From NCBI RefSeq assembly GCF_009914755.1, contig NC_060939.1: 64,000 bases of DNA; one strand, 5' to 3'. The stretch is from the human T2T-CHM13v2.0 reference genome, Homo sapiens. A program made the position numbers and the translations under genes. The notes under the pieces are model-generated. The model saw nothing but the letters and a program-made list of their open reading frames with translations. It was not told the origin of the DNA and did no database searches. Of the stretch, positions 11,201 to 25,000 are shown piece by piece. Position 1 is the stretch's first letter. Every line of letters begins with the position of its first letter.

Positions 11201-14200
11201 AAACTGCTGTATCAAAACAAAGGTTGAACTCTGTGAGTTGAGGACACACATCACAAATAAGTTTCTGAGAATGCTTCTGTCTAGTTTTTATTTGAAGATG
11301 TTTCCTTTTTCACCATAGGCCTGAAAGCGCTCAAAATGTCCACTTCCAGATAGTACAGAAAGAGTGTTTCAAACCTGCTCTATGAACGGGAATGTTCAGC
11401 TCTGTGAGTTGAATGCAAACATCACAAAGCAGGTTCTGAGAATGCTTCCGTCTAGATTTTAAATGAGGATATTCCCGTTTCCAACGAAATCCTCGAAGCT
11501 ATCCAAATATCCACTTGCAGATTCCACAAAAAGAGTGTTTCAAAACTGCTCTGTCAAAAGATAGGTTCAACTCTGTTAGTTGAGTACACACATGGCAAAC
11601 AAGATTCCGAGAATGCTTTCGTCTAGTTTTTTTGGGAAGATATTTCCTTCTTCACCATAGGCCTCAAAGCGCTCCAAATATCCATTTCCACATGCTATAC
11701 AAAGAGTGTCTCAAACCTGCTGTATGAATGGGAATGTTCAACTCTATGAGTTGAATGCAAACATCACAAAGAAGTTTCTGAGAATGCTGCTGTCTAGATT
11801 TTATATGAAGGTTTTCCCGCTTCCAACGAAATTTTCAATGCTCTCAAAATATCCTCTTGTAGATTCTACAAAAAGAGTGTTTCCAAACTGCTGTATCAAA
11901 ACAAAGGTTCATCTCTGTTAGTTGAGGACACACATCACAAATAAGTTTCTGAGAATGCTTCTGTCTAGTTCTTATTTGAAGACATTTCCTTTCTCACCTT
12001 AGGCCTGAAAGCGCTCGAAATACCCACTTCCAGATACTACAGAAACAGTGATTCAAACCTGCTCTATGAAAGGGAATGTTCAACTAGGTGACTTGAATGC
12101 AAACATCACAAAGCAGTTTCTGAGAATGCTGCTGTCTACTTTCTATTTGTAATCCCGTTTCCAACGAAATCCTCAGAACTATCGAAATTTCCAATTGCAG
12201 ATTCCACAGAAACAGGGTTTCAAAGCTGCTCTGTAAAAAGAAAGGTTCAACTCTATTAGTTGAATACACACGTCACAAACAAGTTTCTGAGAATGCTTCT
12301 GTCTAGTTTTTATGGGAAGATATTTCCTTTTTCACCGTAGGCCTCAAAGCGCTCCAAATGTCCACGTCCACATACTACAAAAAGAGTGTTTCAAACCTGC
12401 TGTATGAAACGGAATGTTCAACTCTATGAGTTGAATGCAAACATTACAAAGAAGTTTCTGAGAATGCTTCTGTCTAGATTTTATATGAAGGTTTTCCCGT
12501 TTCCAACGAAATTTTCAATGCTCTCAAAATATCCACTTGTAGATTCTACAAAAAGAGTGTTTCCAAACTGCTGTGTCAAAAGAAAGGTTCAACTCTGTTA
12601 GTTGAGGACACACATCACAAATAAGTTTCTGAGAATGCTTCTGTCTAGTTCTTATTTGAAGACATTTCCTTTCTCACCTTAGGCCTGAAAACGCTCGAAA
12701 TATCCACTTCCAGATACGACAGAAACAGTGATTCAAACCTGCTCTATGAAAGGGAATGTTCAACTAGGTGACTTGAATGCAAACATCACAAAGCAGTTTC
12801 TGAGAATGCTGCTGTCTACTTTCTATTTGTAATCCCGTTTCCAACGAAATCCTCAGAACTATCGAAATTTCCAATTGCAGATTCCACAAAAAGCGTGTTT
12901 CAAAGCTGCTCTGTAAAAAGAAAGGTTCAACTCTGTTAGTTGAATACACACTTCACAAACAAGTTTCTGAGAATGCTTCTGTCTAGTTTTTATGGGAAGA
13001 TATTTCCTTTTTCACCGTAGGCCTCAAAGCGCTCCAAATGTCCACTTCCACATACTACAAAAAGAGTGTTTCAAACCTGCTCTATGATAGGGAATGTTGA
13101 AACCTATGAGTTGAATGCAAGCATTACAAAGAGGTTTCTGAGAATGCTTCTGTCTAGATTTTATATGTAGATATTCCCGTTTCCAACGAAATCCTCAAAG
13201 CTATCCAAATATCAACTTGCAGATTCTGCAAAAGGAATGTTTCCAAAATGCTGTATGCAAACAAAGGTTCAACTCTGTGAATTGAGGGCATACATCACAA
13301 AGAAGATTCTGAGAATGCTTCTGTCTAGATTTTATATGAAAATATTCCCGTTTCCAACGAAATCCTCAAAGCTATCCAAATATCCACTTGCAAATGCCAC
13401 AAAAAGAGTGTTTCCAAACTGCTCTGTGAAAAGGAAGGTTCAACTCTGTTAGTTGAGTACACACATCACAAAGAGGTTTCTGAGAATGCTGCTGACTAGT
13501 TTTTATTTGAAGATATTTCCCTTTTCACCTTAGGCCTAAGAGTGCTCGAAATGTCCATTTCCACATACTCCACAAAGTGTGTTTCAAACGTGCTGTATGA
13601 AAGGGAATGTTCAACTCTATGAGTTGAATGCAAACATCACAAAGAAGACTCTGAGAATGCTTTTGTCTAGATTTTATATGAAGATATTCCCGTGTCCAAC
13701 GAAATTTTCAAAGGTCTCCAAATACCCATTTGTAGATTCTACAAAAAGAGTGTTTCCAAACTGCTGTATCAAAACAAAGGTTGAACTCTGTGAGTTGAGG
13801 ACACACATCACAAATAAGTTTCTGAGAATGCTTCTGTCTAGTTTTTATTTGAAGATGTTTCCTTTTTCACCATAGGCCTGAAAGCACTCGAAATGTCCAC
13901 TTCCAGATAGTACAGAAAGAGTGTTTCAAACCTGCTCTATGAACGGGAATGTTCAGCTCTGTGAGTTGAATGCAAACATCACAAAGCAGGTTCTGAGAAT
14001 GCTTCCGTCTAGATTTTAAATGAGGATATTCCCGTTTCCAACGAAATCCTCGAAGCTATCCAAATATCCACTTGCAGATTCCACAAAAAGAGTGTTTCAA
14101 AACTGCTCTGTCAAAAGATAGGTTCAACTCTGTTAGTTGAGTACACACATGGCAAACAAGATTCCGAGAATGCTTTCGTCTAGTTTTTTTGGGAAGATAT

Positions 14201-15793
14201 TTCCTTCTTCACCATAGGCCTCAAAGCGCTCCAAATATCCATTTCCACATGCTATACAAAGAGTGTCTCAAACCTGCTGTATGAATGGTAATGTTCAACT
14301 CTATGAGTTGAATGCAAACATCACAAAGAAGTTTCTGAGAATGCTGCTGTCTAGATTTTATATGAAGGTTTTCCCGCTTCCAACGAAATTTTCAATGCTC
14401 TCAAAATATCCTCTTGTAGATTCTACAAAAAGAGTGTTTCCAAACTGCTGTATCAAAACAAAGGTTCATCTCTGTTAGTTGAGGACACACATCACAAATA
14501 AGTTTCTGAGAATGCTTCTGTCTAGTTCTTATTTGAAGACATTTCCTTTCTCACCTTAGGCCTGAAAGCGCTCGAAATACCCACTTCCAGATACTACAGA
14601 AACAGTGATTCAAACCTGCTCTATGAAAGGGAATGTTCAACTATGTGACTTGAATGCAAACATCACAAAGCAGTTTCTGAGAATGCTGCTGTCTACTTTC
14701 TATTTGTAATCCCGTTTCCAACGAAATCCTCAGAACTATCGAAATTTCCAATTGCAGATTCCACAGAAACAGGGTTTCAAAGCTGCTCTGTAAAAAGAAA
14801 GGTTCAACTCTGTTAGTTGAATACACACGTCACAAACAAGTTTCTGAGAATGCTTCTGTCTAGTTTTTATGGGAAGATATTTCCTTTTTCACCGTAGGCC
14901 TCAAAGCGCTCCAAATGTCCACTTCCACATACTACAAAAAGAGTGTTTCAAACCTGCTGTATGAAAGGGAATGTTCAACTCTATGAGTTGAATGCAAACA
15001 TTACAAAGAAGTTTCTGAGAATGCTTCTGTCTAGATTTTATATGAAGGTTTTCCCGTTTCCAACGAAATTTTCAATGCTCTCAAAATATCCACTTGTAGA
15101 TTCTACAAAAAGAGTGTTTCCAAACTGCTGTGTCAAAAGAAAGGTTCAACTCTGTTAGTTGAGGACACACATCACAAATAAGTTTGTGAGAATGCTTCTG
15201 TCTAGTTCTTATTTGAAGACATTTCCTTTCTCACCTTAGGCCTGAAAACGCTCGAAATATCCACTTCCAGATACGACAGAAACAGTGATTCAAACCTGCT
15301 CTATGAAAGGGAATGTTCAACTAGGTGACTTGAATGCAAACATCACAAAGCAGTTTCTGAGAATGCTGCTGTCTACTTTCTATTTGTAATCCCGTTTCCA
15401 ACGAAATCCTCAGAACTATCGAAATTTCCAATTGCAGATTCCACAGAAACAGGGTTTCAAAGCTGCTCTGTAAAAAGAAAGGTTCAACTCTGTTAGTTGA
15501 ATACACACGTCACAAACAAGTTTCTGAGAATGCTTCTGTCTAGTTTTTATGGGAAGATATTTCCTTTTTCACGGTAGGCCTCAAAGCGCTCCAAATGTCC
15601 ACTTCCACATACTACAAAAAGAGTGTTTCAAACCTGCTCTATGATAGGGAATGTTGAAACCTATGAGTTGAATGCAAGCATTACAAAGAAGTTTCTGAGA
15701 ATGCTTCTGTCTAGATTTTATATGTAGATATTCCCGTTTCCAACGAAATCCTCAAAGCTATCCAAATATCAACTTGCAGATTCTGCAAAAGGA

Positions 15794-18700
15794 ATGTTTC
15801 CAAAATGCTGTATCCAAACAAAGGTTCAACTCTGTGAATTGAGGACATACATCACAAAGAAGATTCTGAGAATGCTTCTGTCTAGATTTTATATGAAAAT
15901 ATTCCCGTTTCCAACGAAATCCTCAAAGCTATCCAAATATCCACTTGCAAATGCCACAAAAAGAGTGTTTCCAAACTGCTCTGTGAAAAGGAAGGTTCAA
16001 CTCTGTTAGTTGAGTACACACATCACAAAGAGGTTTCTGAGAATGCTGCTGACTTGTTTTTATTTGAAGATATTTCCCTTTTCACCTTAGGCCTAAGAGT
16101 GCTCGAAATGTCCATTTCCACATACTCCACAATGTGTGTTTCAAACGTGCTGTATGAAAGGGAATGTTCAACTCTATGAGTTGAATGCAAACATCACAAA
16201 GAAGATTCTGAGAATGCTTTTGTCTAGATTTTATATGAAGATATTCCCGTGTCCAACGAAATTTTCAAAGGTCTCCAAATACCCATTTGTAGATTCTACA
16301 AAAAGAGTGTTTCCAAACTGCTGTATCAAAACAAAGGTTGAACTCTGTGAGTTGAGGACACACATCACAAATAAGTTTCTGAGAATGCTTCTGTCTAGTT
16401 TTTATTTGAAGATGTTTCCTTTTTCACCATAGGCCTGAAAGCGCTCGAAATGTCCACTTCCAGATAGTACAGAGTGTTTCAAACCTGCTCTATGAACGGG
16501 AATGTTCAGCTCTGTGAGTTGAATGCAAACATCACAAAGCAGGTTCTGAGAATGCTTCCGTCTAGATTTTAAATGAGGATATTCCCGTTTCCAACGAAAT
16601 CCTCGAAGCTATCCAAATATCCACTTGCAGATTCCACAAAAAGAGTGTTTCAAAACTGCTCTGTCAAAAGATAGGTTCAACTCTGTTAGTTGAGTACACA
16701 CATGGCAAACAAGATTCCGAGAATGCTTTCGTCTAGTTTTTTTGGGAAGATATTTCCTTCTTCACCATAGGCCTCAAAGCGCTCCAAATATCCATTTCCA
16801 CATGCTATACAAAGAGTGTCTCAAACCTGCTGTATGAATGGGAATGTTCAACTCTATGAGTTGAATGCAAACATTACAAAGAAGTTTCTGAGAATGCTGC
16901 TGTCTAGATTTTATATGAAGGTTTTCCCGCTTCCAACGAAATTTTCAATGCTCTCAAAATATCCTCTTGTAGATTCTACAAAAAGAGTGTTTCCAAACTG
17001 CTGTATCAAAACAAAGGTTCATCTCTGTTAGTTGAGGACACACATCACAAATAAGTTTCTGAGAATGCTTCTCTCTAGTTCTTATTTGAAGACATTTCCT
17101 TTCTCACCTTAGGCCTGAAAACGCTCGAAATATCCACTTCCAGATACGACAGAAACTGTGATTCAAACCTGCTCTATGAAAGGGAATGTTCAACTAGGTG
17201 ACTTGAATGCAAACATCACAAAGCAGTTTCTGAGAATGCTGCTGTCTACTTTCTATTTGTAATCCCGTTTCCAACGAAATCCTCAGAACTATCGAAATTT
17301 CCAATTGCAGATTCCACAAAAAGCGTGTTTCAAAGCTGCTCTGTAGAAAGAAAGGTTCAACTCTGTTAGTTGAATACACACGTCACAAACAAGTTTCTGA
17401 GAATGCTTCTGTCTAGTTTTTATGGGAAGATATTTCCTTTTTCACCGTAGGCCTCAAAGCGCTCCAAATGTCCACTTCCACATACTACAAAAAGAGTGTT
17501 TCAAACCTGCTGTATGAAAGGGAATGTTCAACTCTATGAGTTGAATGCAAACATTACAAAGAAGTTTCTGAGAATGCTTCTGTCTAGATTTTATATGAAG
17601 GTTTTCCCGTTTCCAACGAAATTTTCAATGCTCTCAAAATATCCACTTGTAGATTCTACAAAAAGAGTGTTTCCAAACTGCTGTGTCAAAAGAAAGGTTC
17701 AACTCTGTTAGTTGCTGACACACATCACAAATAAGTTTCTGAGAATGCTTCTGTCTAGTTCTTATTTGAAGACATTTCCTTTCTCACCTTAGGCCTGAAA
17801 ACGCACGAAATATCCACTTCCAGATACGACAGAAACAGTGATTCAAACCTGCTCTATGAAAGGGAATGTTCAACTAGGTGACTTGAATGCAAACATCACA
17901 AAGCAGTTTCTGAGAATGCTGCTGTCTACTTTCTATTTGTAATCCCGTTTCCAACGAAATCCTCAGAACTATCGAAATTTCCAATTGCAGATTCCACAGA
18001 AACAGGGTTTCAAAGCTGCTCTGTAAAAAGAAAGGTTCAACTCTGTTAGTTGAATACACACGTCACAAACAAGTTTCTGAGAATGCTTCTGTCTAGTTTT
18101 TATGGGAAGATACTTCCTTTTTCACCGTAGGCCTCAAAGCGCTCCAAATGTCCACTTCCACATACTACAAAAAGAGTGTTTCAAACCTACTGTATGAAAG
18201 GGAATGTTCAACTCTATGAGTTGAATGCAAACATTACAAAGAAGTTTCTGAGAATGCTTCTGTCTAGATTTTATATGAAGGTTTTCCCGTTTCCAACGAA
18301 ATTTTCAATGCTCTCAAAATATCCACTTGTAGATTCTACAAAAAGAGTGTTTCCAAACTGCTGTGTCAAAAGAAAGGTTCAACTCTGTTAGTTGAGGACA
18401 CACATCACAAATAAGTTTCTGAGAATGCTTCTGTCTAGTTCTTATTTGAAGACATTTCCTTTCTCACCTTAGGCCTGAAAACGCTCGAAATATCCACTTC
18501 CAGATACGACAGAAACAGTGATTCAAACCTGCTCTATGAAAGGGAATGTTCAACTAGGTGACTTGAATGCAAACATCACAAAGCAGTTTCTGAGAATGCT
18601 GCTGTCTACTTTCTATTTGTAATCCCGTTTCCAACGAAATCCTCAGAACTATCGAAATTTCCAATTGCAGATTCCACAGAAACAGGGTTTCAAAGCTGCT

Positions 18701-19026
18701 CTGTAAAAAGAAAGGTTCAACTCTGTTAGTTGAATACACACGTCACAAACAAGTTTCTGAGAATGCTTCTGTCTAGTTTTTATGGGAAGATATTTCCTTT
18801 TTCACGGTAGGCCTCAAAGCGCTCCAAATGTCCACTTCCACATACTACAAAAAGAGTGTTTCAAACCTGCTCTATGATAGGGAATGTTGAAACCTATGAG
18901 TTGAATGCAAGCATTACAAAGAGGTTTCTGAGAATGCTTCTGTCTAGATTTTATATGTAGATATTCCCGTTTCCAACGAAATCCTCAAAGCTATCCAAAT
19001 ATCAACTTGCAGATTCTACAAAAGGA
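15794..19026 (-). repeat. 19-mer HOR variant (three 4-mer copies, 4-bp deletion)
   Basis: 3233 = 2557 + 680 - 4. GATAGTACAGAGTG at ~16463-16476 versus the usual GATAGTACAGAAAGAGTG. Confidence 0.93.
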
Positions 19027-22000
19027 ATGTTTCCAAAATGCTGTATCCAAACAAAGGTTCAACTCTGTGAATTGAGGGCATACATCACAAAGAAGATTCT
19101 GAGAATGCTTCTGTCTAGATTTTATATGAAAATATTCCCGTTTCCAACGAAATCCTCAAAGCTATCCAAATATCCACTTGCAAATGCCACAAAAAGAGTG
19201 TTTCCAAACTGCTCTGTGAAAAGGAAGGTTCAACTCTGTTAGTTGAGTACACACATCACAAAGAGGTTTCTGAGAATGCTGCTGACTAGTTTTTATTTGA
19301 AGATATTTCCCTTTTCACCTTAGGCCTAAGAGTGCTCGAAATGTCCATTTCCACATACTCCACAAAGTGTGTTTCAAACGTGCTGTATGAAAGGGAATGT
19401 TCAACTCTATGAGTTGAATGCAAACATCACAAAGAAGACTCTGAGAATGCTTTTGTCTAGATTTTATATGAAGATATTCCCGTGTCCAACGAAATTTTCA
19501 AAGGTCTCCAAATATCCATTTGTAGATTCTACAAAAAGAGTGTTTCCAAACTGCTGTATCAAAACAAAGGTTGAACTCTGTGAGTTGAGGACACACATCA
19601 CAAATAAGTTTCTGAGAATGCTTCTGTCTAGTTTTTATTTGAAGATGTTTCCTTTTTCACCATAGGCCTGAAAGCGCTCGAAATGTCCACTTCCAGATAG
19701 TACAGAAAGAGTGTTTCAAACCTGCTCTATGAACGGGAATGTTCAGCTCTGTGAGTTGAATGCAAACATCACAAAGCAGGTTCCGAGAATGCTTCCGTCT
19801 AGATTTTAAATGAGGATATTCCCGTTTCCAACGAAATCCTCGAAGCTATCCAAATATCCACTTGCAGATTCCACAAAAAGAGTGTTTCAAAACTGCTCTG
19901 TCAAAAGATAGGTTCAACTCTGTTAGTTGAGTACACACATGGCAAACAAGATTCCGAGAATGCTTTCGTCTAGTTTTTTTGGGAAGATATTTCCTTCTTC
20001 ACCATAGGCCTCAAAGCGCTCCAAATATCCATTTCCACATGCTATACAAAGAGTGTCTCAAACCTGCTGTATGAATGGGAATGTTCAACTCTATGAGTTG
20101 AATGCAAACATCACAAAGAAGTTTCTGAGAATGCTGCTGTCTAGATTTTATATGAAGGTTTTCCCGCTTCCAACGAAATTTTCAATGCTCTCAAAATATC
20201 CTCTTGTAGATTCTACAAAAAGAGTGTTTCCAAACTGCTGTATCAAAACAAAGGTTCATCTCTGTTAGTTGAGGACACACATCACAAATAAGTTTCTGAG
20301 AATGCTTCTGTCTAGTTCTTATTTGAAGACATTTCCTTTCTCACCTTAGGCCTGAAAACGCTCGAAATATCCACTTCCAGATACGACAGAAACTGTGATT
20401 CAAACCTGCTCTATGAAAGGGAATGTTCAACTATGTGACTTGAATGCAAACATCACAAAGCAGTTTCTGAGAATGCTGCTGTCTACTTTGTATTTGTAAT
20501 CCCGTTTCCAACGAAATCCTCAGAACTATCGAAATTTCCAATTGCAGATTCCACAAAAAGCGTGTTTCAAAGCTGCTCTGTAGAAAGAAAGGTTCAACTC
20601 TGTTAGTTGAATACACACGTCACAAACAAGTTTCTGAGAATGCTTCTGTCTAGTTTTTATGGGAAGATATTTCCTTTTTCACCGTAGGCCTCAAAGCGCT
20701 CCAAATGTCCACTTCCACATACTACAAAAAGAGTGTTTCAAACCTGCTGTATGAAAGGGAATGTTCAACTCTATGATTTGAATGTAAACATTACAAAGAA
20801 GTTTCTGAGAATGCTTCTGTCTAGATTTTATATGAAGGTTTTCCCGTTTCCAACGAAATTTTCAATGCTCTCAAAATATCCACTTGTAGATTCTACAAAA
20901 AGAGTGTTTCCAAACTGCTGTGTCAAAAGAAAGGTTCAACTCTGTTAGTTGAGGACACACATCACAAATAAGTTTCTGAGAATGCTTCTGTCTAGTTCTT
21001 ATTTGAAGACATTTCCTTTCTCACCTTAGGCCTGAAAACGCTCGAAATATCCACTTCCAGATACGACAGAAACAGTGATTCAAACCTGCTCTATGAAAGG
21101 GAATGTTCAACTAGGTGACTTGAATGCAAACATCACAAAGCAGTTTCTGAGAATGCTGCTGTCTACTTTCTATTTGTAATCCCGTTTCCAACGAAATCCT
21201 CAGAACCATCGAAATTTCCAATTGCAGATTCCACAGAAACAGGGTTTCAAAGCTGCTCTGTAAAAAGAAAGGTTCAACTCTGTTAGTTGAATACACACGT
21301 CACAAACAAGTTTCTGAGAATGCTTCTGTCTAGTTTTTATGGGAAGATATTTCCTTTTTCACGGTAGGCCTCAAAGCGCTCCAAATGTCCACTTCCACAT
21401 ACTACAAAAAGAGTGTTTCAAACCTGCTCTATGATAGGGAATGTTGAAACCTATGAGTTGAATGCAAGCATTACAAAGAGGTTTCTGAGAATGCTTCTGT
21501 CTAGATTTTATATGTAGATATTCCCGTTTCCAACGAAATCCTCAAAGCTATCCAAATATCAACTTGCAGATTCTGCAAAAGGAATGTTTCCAAAATGCTG
21601 TATCCAAACAAAGGTTCAACTCTGTGAATTGAGGGCATACATCACAAAGAAGATTCTGAGAATGCTTCTGTCTAGATTTTATATGAAAATATTCCCGTTT
21701 CCAACGAAATCCTCAAAGCTATCCAAATATCCACTTGCAAATGCCACAAAAAGAGTGTTTCCAAACTGCTCTGTGAAAAGGAAGGTTCAACTCTGTTAGT
21801 TGAGTACACACATCACAAAGAGGTTTCTGAGAATGCTGCTGACTAGTTTTTATTTGAAGATATTTCCCTTTTCACCTTAGGCCTAAGAGTGCTCGAAATG
21901 TCCATTTCCACATACTCCACAAAGTGTGTTTCAAACGTGCTGTATGAAAGGGAATGTTCAACTCTATGAGTTGAATGCAAACATCACAAAGAAGATTCTG

Positions 22001-25000
22001 AGAATGCTTTTGTCTAGATTTTATATGAAGATATTCCCGTGTCCAACGAAATTTTCAAAGGTCTCCAAATATCCATTTGTAGATTCTACAAAAAGAGTGT
22101 TTCCAAACTGCTGTATCAAAACAAAGGTTGAACTCTGTGAGTTGAGGACACACATCACAAATAAGTTTCTGAGAATGCTTCTGTCTAGTTTTTATTTGAA
22201 GATGTTTCCTTTTTCACCATAGGCCTGAAAGCGCTCGAAATGTCCACTTCCAGATAGTACAGAAAGAGTGTTTCAAACCTGCTCTATGAACGGGAATGTT
22301 CAGCTCTGTGAGTTGAATGCAAACATCACAAAGCAGGTTCTGAGAATGCTTCCGTCTAGATTTTAAATGAGGATATTCCCGTTTCCAACGAAATCCTCGA
22401 AGCTATCCAAATATCCACTTGCAGATTCCACAAAAAGAGTGTTTCAAAACTGCTCTGTCAAAAGATAGGTTCAACTCTGTTAGTTGAGTACACACATGGC
22501 AAACAAGATTCCGAGAATGCTTTCGTCTAGTTTTTTTGGGAAGATATTTCCTTCTTCACCATAGGCCTCAAAGCGCTCCAAATATCCATTTCCACATGCT
22601 ATACAAAGAGTGTCTCAAACCTGCTGTATGAATGGGAATGTTCAACTCTATGAGTTGAATGCAAACATCACAAAGAAGTTTCTGAGAATGCTGCTGTCTA
22701 GATTTTATATGAAGGTTTTCCCGCTTCCAACGAAATTTTCAATGCTCTCAAAATATCCTCTTGTAGATCCTACAAAAAGAGTGTTTCCAAACTGCTGTAT
22801 CAAAACAAAGGTTCATCTCTGTTAGTTGAGGACACACATCACAAATAAGTTTCTGAGAATGCTTCTGTCCAGTTCTTATTTGAAGACATTTCCTTTCTCA
22901 CCTTAGGCCTGAAAACGCTCGAAATATCCACTTCCAGATACGACAGAAACTGTGATTCAAACCTGCTCTATGAAAGGGAATGTTCAACTAGGTGACTTGA
23001 ATGCAAACATCACAAAGCAGTTTCTGAGAATGCTGCTGTCTACTTTGTATTTGTAATCCCGTTTCCAACGAAATCCTCAGAACTATCGAAATTTCCAATT
23101 GCAGATTCCACAAAAAGCGTGTTTCAAAGCTGCTCTGTAAAAAGAAAGGTTCAACTCTGTTAGTTGAATACACACGTCACAAACAAGTTTCTGAGATTGC
23201 TTCTGTCTAGTTTTTATGGGAAGATATTTCCTTTTTCACCGTAGGCCTCAAAGCGCTCCAAATGTCCACTTCCACATACTACAAAAAGAGTGTTTCAAAC
23301 CTGCTGTATGAAAGGGAATGTTCAACTCTATGAGTTGAATGCAAACATTACAAAGAAGTTTCTGAGAATGCTTCTGTCTAGATTTTATATGAAGGTTTTC
23401 CCGTTTCCAACGAAATTTTCAATGCTCTCAAAATATCCACTTGTAGATTCTACAAAAAGAGTGTTTCCAAACTGCTGTGTCAAAAGAAAGGTTCAACTCT
23501 GTTAGTTGAGGACACACATCACAAATAAGTTTCTGAGAATGCTTCTGTCTAGTTCTTATTTGAAGACATTTCCTTTCTCACCTTAGGCCTGAAAACGCTC
23601 GAAATCTCCACTTCCAGATACGACAGAAACTGTGATTCAAACCTGCTCTATGAAAGGGAATGTTCAACTAGGTGACTTGAATGCAAACATCAGAAAGCAG
23701 TTTCTGAGAATGCTGCTGTCTACTTTCTATTTGTAATCCCGTTTCCAACGAAATCCTCAGAACTATCGAAATTTCCAATTGCAGATTCCACAAAAAGCGT
23801 GTTTCAAAGCTGCTCTGTAAAAAGAAAGGTTCAACTCTGTTAGTTGAATACACACGTCACAAACAAGTTTCTGAGAATGCTTCTGTCTAGTTTTTATGGG
23901 AAGATATTTCCTTTTTCACCGTAGGCCTCAAAGCGCTCCAAATGTCCACTTCCACATACTACAAAAAGAGTGTTTCAAACCTGCTCTATGATAGGGAATG
24001 TTGAAACCTATGAGTTGAATGCAAGCATTACAAAGAGGTTTCTGAGAATGCTTCTGTCTAGATTTTATATGTAGATATTCCCGTTTCCAACGAAATCCTC
24101 AAAGCTATCCAAATATCAACTTGCAGATTCTACAAAAGGAATGTTTCCAAAATGCTGTATCCAAACAAAGGTTCAACTCTGTGAATTGAGGGCATACATC
24201 ACAAAGAAGATTCTGAGAATGCTTCTGTCTAGATTTTATATGAAAATATTCCCGTTTCCAACGAAATCCTCAAAGCTATCCAAATATCCACTTGCAAATG
24301 CCACAAAAAGAGTGTTTCCAAACTGCTCTGTGAAAAGGAAGGTTCAACTCTGTTAGTTGAGTACACACATCACAAAGAGGTTTCTGAGAATGCTGCTGAC
24401 TAGTTTTTATTTGAAGATATTTCCCTTTTCACCTTAGGCCTAAGAGTGCTCGAAATGTCCATTTCCACATACTCCACAAAGTGTGTTTCAAACGTGCTGT
24501 ATGAAAGGGAATGTTCAACTCTATGAGTTGAATGCAAACATCACAAAGAAGATTCTGAGAATGCTTTTGTCTAGATTTTATATGAAGATATTCCCGTGTC
24601 CAACGAAATTTTCAAAGGTCTCCAAATATCCATTTGTAGATTCTACAAAAAGAGTGTTTCCAAACTGCTGTATCAAAACAAAGGTTGAACTCTGTGAGTT
24701 GAGGACACACATCACAAATAAGTTTCTGAGAATGCTTCTGTCTAGTTTTTATTTGAAGATGTTTCCTTTTTCACCATAGGCCTGAAAGCGCTCGAAATGT
24801 CCACTTCCAGATAGTACAGAAAGAGTGTTTCAAACCTGCTCTATGAACGGGAATGTTCAGCTCTGTGAGTTGAATGCAAACATCACAAAGCAGGTTCTGA
24901 GAATGCTTCCGTCTAGATTTTAAATGAGGATATTCCCGTTTCCAACGAAATCCTCGAAGCTATCCAAATATCCACTTGCAGATTCCACAAAAAGAGTGTT

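Larger units (their letters stand above)
453..15793 (-). repeat. Six tandem 15-mer HORs
   Basis: Anchors at 453, 3010, 5567, 8124, 10680, 13237, 15794. Spacing is 2557 except one 2556, caused by a 1-bp deletion at 10614/10615. Confidence 0.95.
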
